Below, one piece after another: positions 63,270-64,000 of a stretch of DNA of 64,000 nt. The position numbers and the translations under genes were made by a program. Positions within the stretch are counted from its first letter, which is position 1, and each line of letters begins with the position of its first letter. The stretch spans positions 372,001-436,000 of the forward strand of contig CM061256.1 in assembly GCA_022605425.2 (NCBI GenBank), in the 5' to 3' direction. The stretch is from Hamiltosporidium tvaerminnensis FI-OER-3-3 (taxonomy: Eukaryota > Fungi > Microsporidia). The notes beneath the pieces were generated by a model that worked only from the letters and a program-made list of their open reading frames with translations, searched no databases and was not told where the DNA came from.

Positions 63270-64000
63270 AGAGCAATGGATGGATCTGTACTTTGATGTT
63301 GAGCAAGGGGATATAGTAATATGTGCTGTTTACAATGGGTCTATATCAGCTAAAAAAATTCAATAAAAACTTCATTGCCAAAAAAAGATCTCATAACATA
63401 GCTCGAAGTAAATTGGGCTTCAACGTGTATAAAATTATGAAATTCAAATACGTGTTCATGTCTGAACAATCATTGCCTACAAAAGTAAATCCCGGACGAG
63501 AAGTAGCTACCCGAACGAGCTCACTAGGCTTTTTTGTTGGTAAAACGTGCTAAACCGTTTACAGACGACAAATTATTATAGCCTGTCGGGATTGAAGCAG
63601 CATTACAAAATCGACAAAAAAAGTTCCTACATTGAAAAATTTCTGCTTTCCTGGAAATATAATAACTATAAAAGCAGAAGACAATGCAGACAATATAAAT
63701 CACGGTTCGTTAAAAAAATACTTGGAATGGTTTATTTTGATCCTGTATAAGTCAAATTACTTTCTGAAATACCACCTGTTGCTTTTTATTTGAAGGATTA
63801 ATTCAAGATGAAATATATTAAGAGCTTTAAGCGTTGTTGGAATTAAGAGCAAATGAATGGAGAAGATATTATCACAAAACTCGAAAAACCAATAAGAAGA
63901 ATAAAGCTTGTTGAAGATACATGAATTGGAAAAAAATCAAGGCTAAAAGAACGTGAGTAGACCCAATAAAGGTATCGGTTATTGTAATGCAGGCTGCGGA
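63270..64000 (+). mobile_element. Possible decayed MULE/Mutator transposase
   Basis: Fragments loosely resembling MULE motifs (YPNELT/GFF, FVKKILGMVYFDP); heavily disrupted. Confidence 0.3.

Overview
Very AT-rich, gene-sparse, apparently intron-less eukaryotic DNA. CCC motifs just upstream of start codons, divergent core genes and an expanded LRR family suggest a large-genome microsporidian (Hamiltosporidium-like); this is inference. Host genes: DOHH and RPN9 (each twice, in an inverted duplication of at least 8.6 kb, 1-~8630 vs ~28520-37151), CTR9 with low-complexity insertions, a Ubc4-type E2, three LRR genes (one frameshifted), a pair of unknown membrane-protein paralogues and a candidate 47-aa ORF. 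Mobile DNA: one near-complete but inactivated R4-clade (RLE) LINE plus five 5'-truncated or decayed copies, a DD39D mariner with Stowaway-type TIRs, and decayed hAT, integrase and possibly MULE remnants. The main finding is a ~730-bp non-coding, apparently structured element present seven times with the same ends. Three copies have 15-16-bp target-site duplications, it has no tRNA head or poly(A) tail, and its 3' end resembles the LINE's. It looks like a SINE-like partner of the R4 LINE that I do not recognise. One copy is inserted just upstream of the LINE ATG, and another carries four tandem copies of its terminal 23-mer.
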